Made by a program: the position numbers and the translations under genes
Notes under the pieces: model-generated
Told to the model about the DNA's origin: nothing
The model's database searches: none
Seen by the model: the letters and a program-made list of their open reading frames with translations, nothing else
DNA from: Octopus sinensis
Lineage: Eukaryota
Length of the DNA stretch: 64,000 nucleotides
NCBI RefSeq assembly: GCF_006345805.1
Contig: NC_042999.1
Coordinates: forward strand, 83,452,001 to 83,516,000
Direction: 5' to 3'
In this document: positions 63,402-64,000 of the stretch, piece by piece
Position numbering within the stretch: position 1 is the first letter of the stretch
How the letters are laid out: each line of letters begins with the position of its first letter

Positions 63402-64000
63402 GACTGCTGATATATTACAAATGAGAGAAATAAAACTAGACGAGAAGAAACTGAAAAGATTTAACGAACTTATAGTAAAGGAAGGTGACAGCCTGAGGTT
63501 GACCCCGCCGAAAGAAGTGACAGAAAATACAACTAAAATGACAGTAATTTATAGAACGCTGTCCACAGCAACCAAAATGATCGAAATAGCTACAGCAGAA
63601 GCAGTAGAAGAATGTCTAAAGGCCATTAAAAGCCTCACGACATTCTATGCTAGAAGCAAGAAATACGGCACAGTGGAGGTTTTTTTCGCGAGCGAACAAA
63701 GAAGCGATAAAGTACTCCACTGTGCCGTTGAGGTTGTCTGAGAGGGTGACACTGCCAACCAACTGTGGCAAACGTGCGGCCAGAATTAGAATTGGCAGAG
63801 TGACCCCAGAGATTGACGAGGCGTGGCTGGTGGCAACCATCCTCTACAACACGGAGGAAGAAACGAAAATTCTGAAAGTCAGAAGAACAACGGAGGTAAA
63901 CTGATGGGAACACGTCCTCGAGGTGACGGTCCAAATGAGTTTACCGGATCTACATAAAATTGTAGAGGAGGTTGTGTAGCCCGAGGAGATGAAACTAAGA
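63402..64000 (+). pseudogene. Divergent paralog of the ORF1-like gene (unit B), frameshifted, running off the window
   Basis: TVIYRTLS..AEAVEECLK..YGTVEVFF..AIKYSTVPLR..LPTNCGKRAARIRIGRVTPEIDEAWLVATIL..VN*W aligns by eye with unit A TVTYKTYS..IEQVEKALR..YGEVEVTF..AKKHSATPLR..LPTYLGQRTSRVRVEGIPPEINVAWIVAAVV..NW. Confidence 0.7.

Overview
AT-rich, microsatellite-saturated animal DNA. The SINE repertoire resembles what I recall of octopus (cephalopod) genomes; this is an inference, no search was run. I could not support any host protein-coding exon, tRNA, rRNA or CRISPR array, so the window looks like a large intron or intergenic region made mostly of transposable elements. It holds: (i) many tRNA-derived SINEs with Meta-like, CORE-like and Nin/Deu-like central domains; (ii) at least six R4/Dong-clade RLE retrotransposon pieces, one nearly full length (18614-22789, minus) inside (TAA)n and with a 24/25-bp monomer array at its 5' end; (iii) RTE, CR1/Jockey-like and Tx1/L1-like LINE remnants and a decayed Gypsy pol; (iv) a complete but frameshifted Tc1-type element with apparent DD36E spacing, a mariner derivative made of two left ends, MITEs, a non-autonomous Helitron and fold-back palindromes. 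The most interesting area is 61.2-64 kb. It has two divergent RRM-like gag/ORF1-type genes in tandem; unit A carries a CCHC knuckle, while unit B runs off the window before one would appear. Unit A has no ORF2 and ends in the same 3' tail as a Tx1/L1-like LINE and the SINEs in this window, suggesting an ORF1-only (HAL1-like) retroelement. An inversion with a 472-bp near-identical inverted duplication scrambles the locus. Most repeat boundaries are read by eye and approximate.
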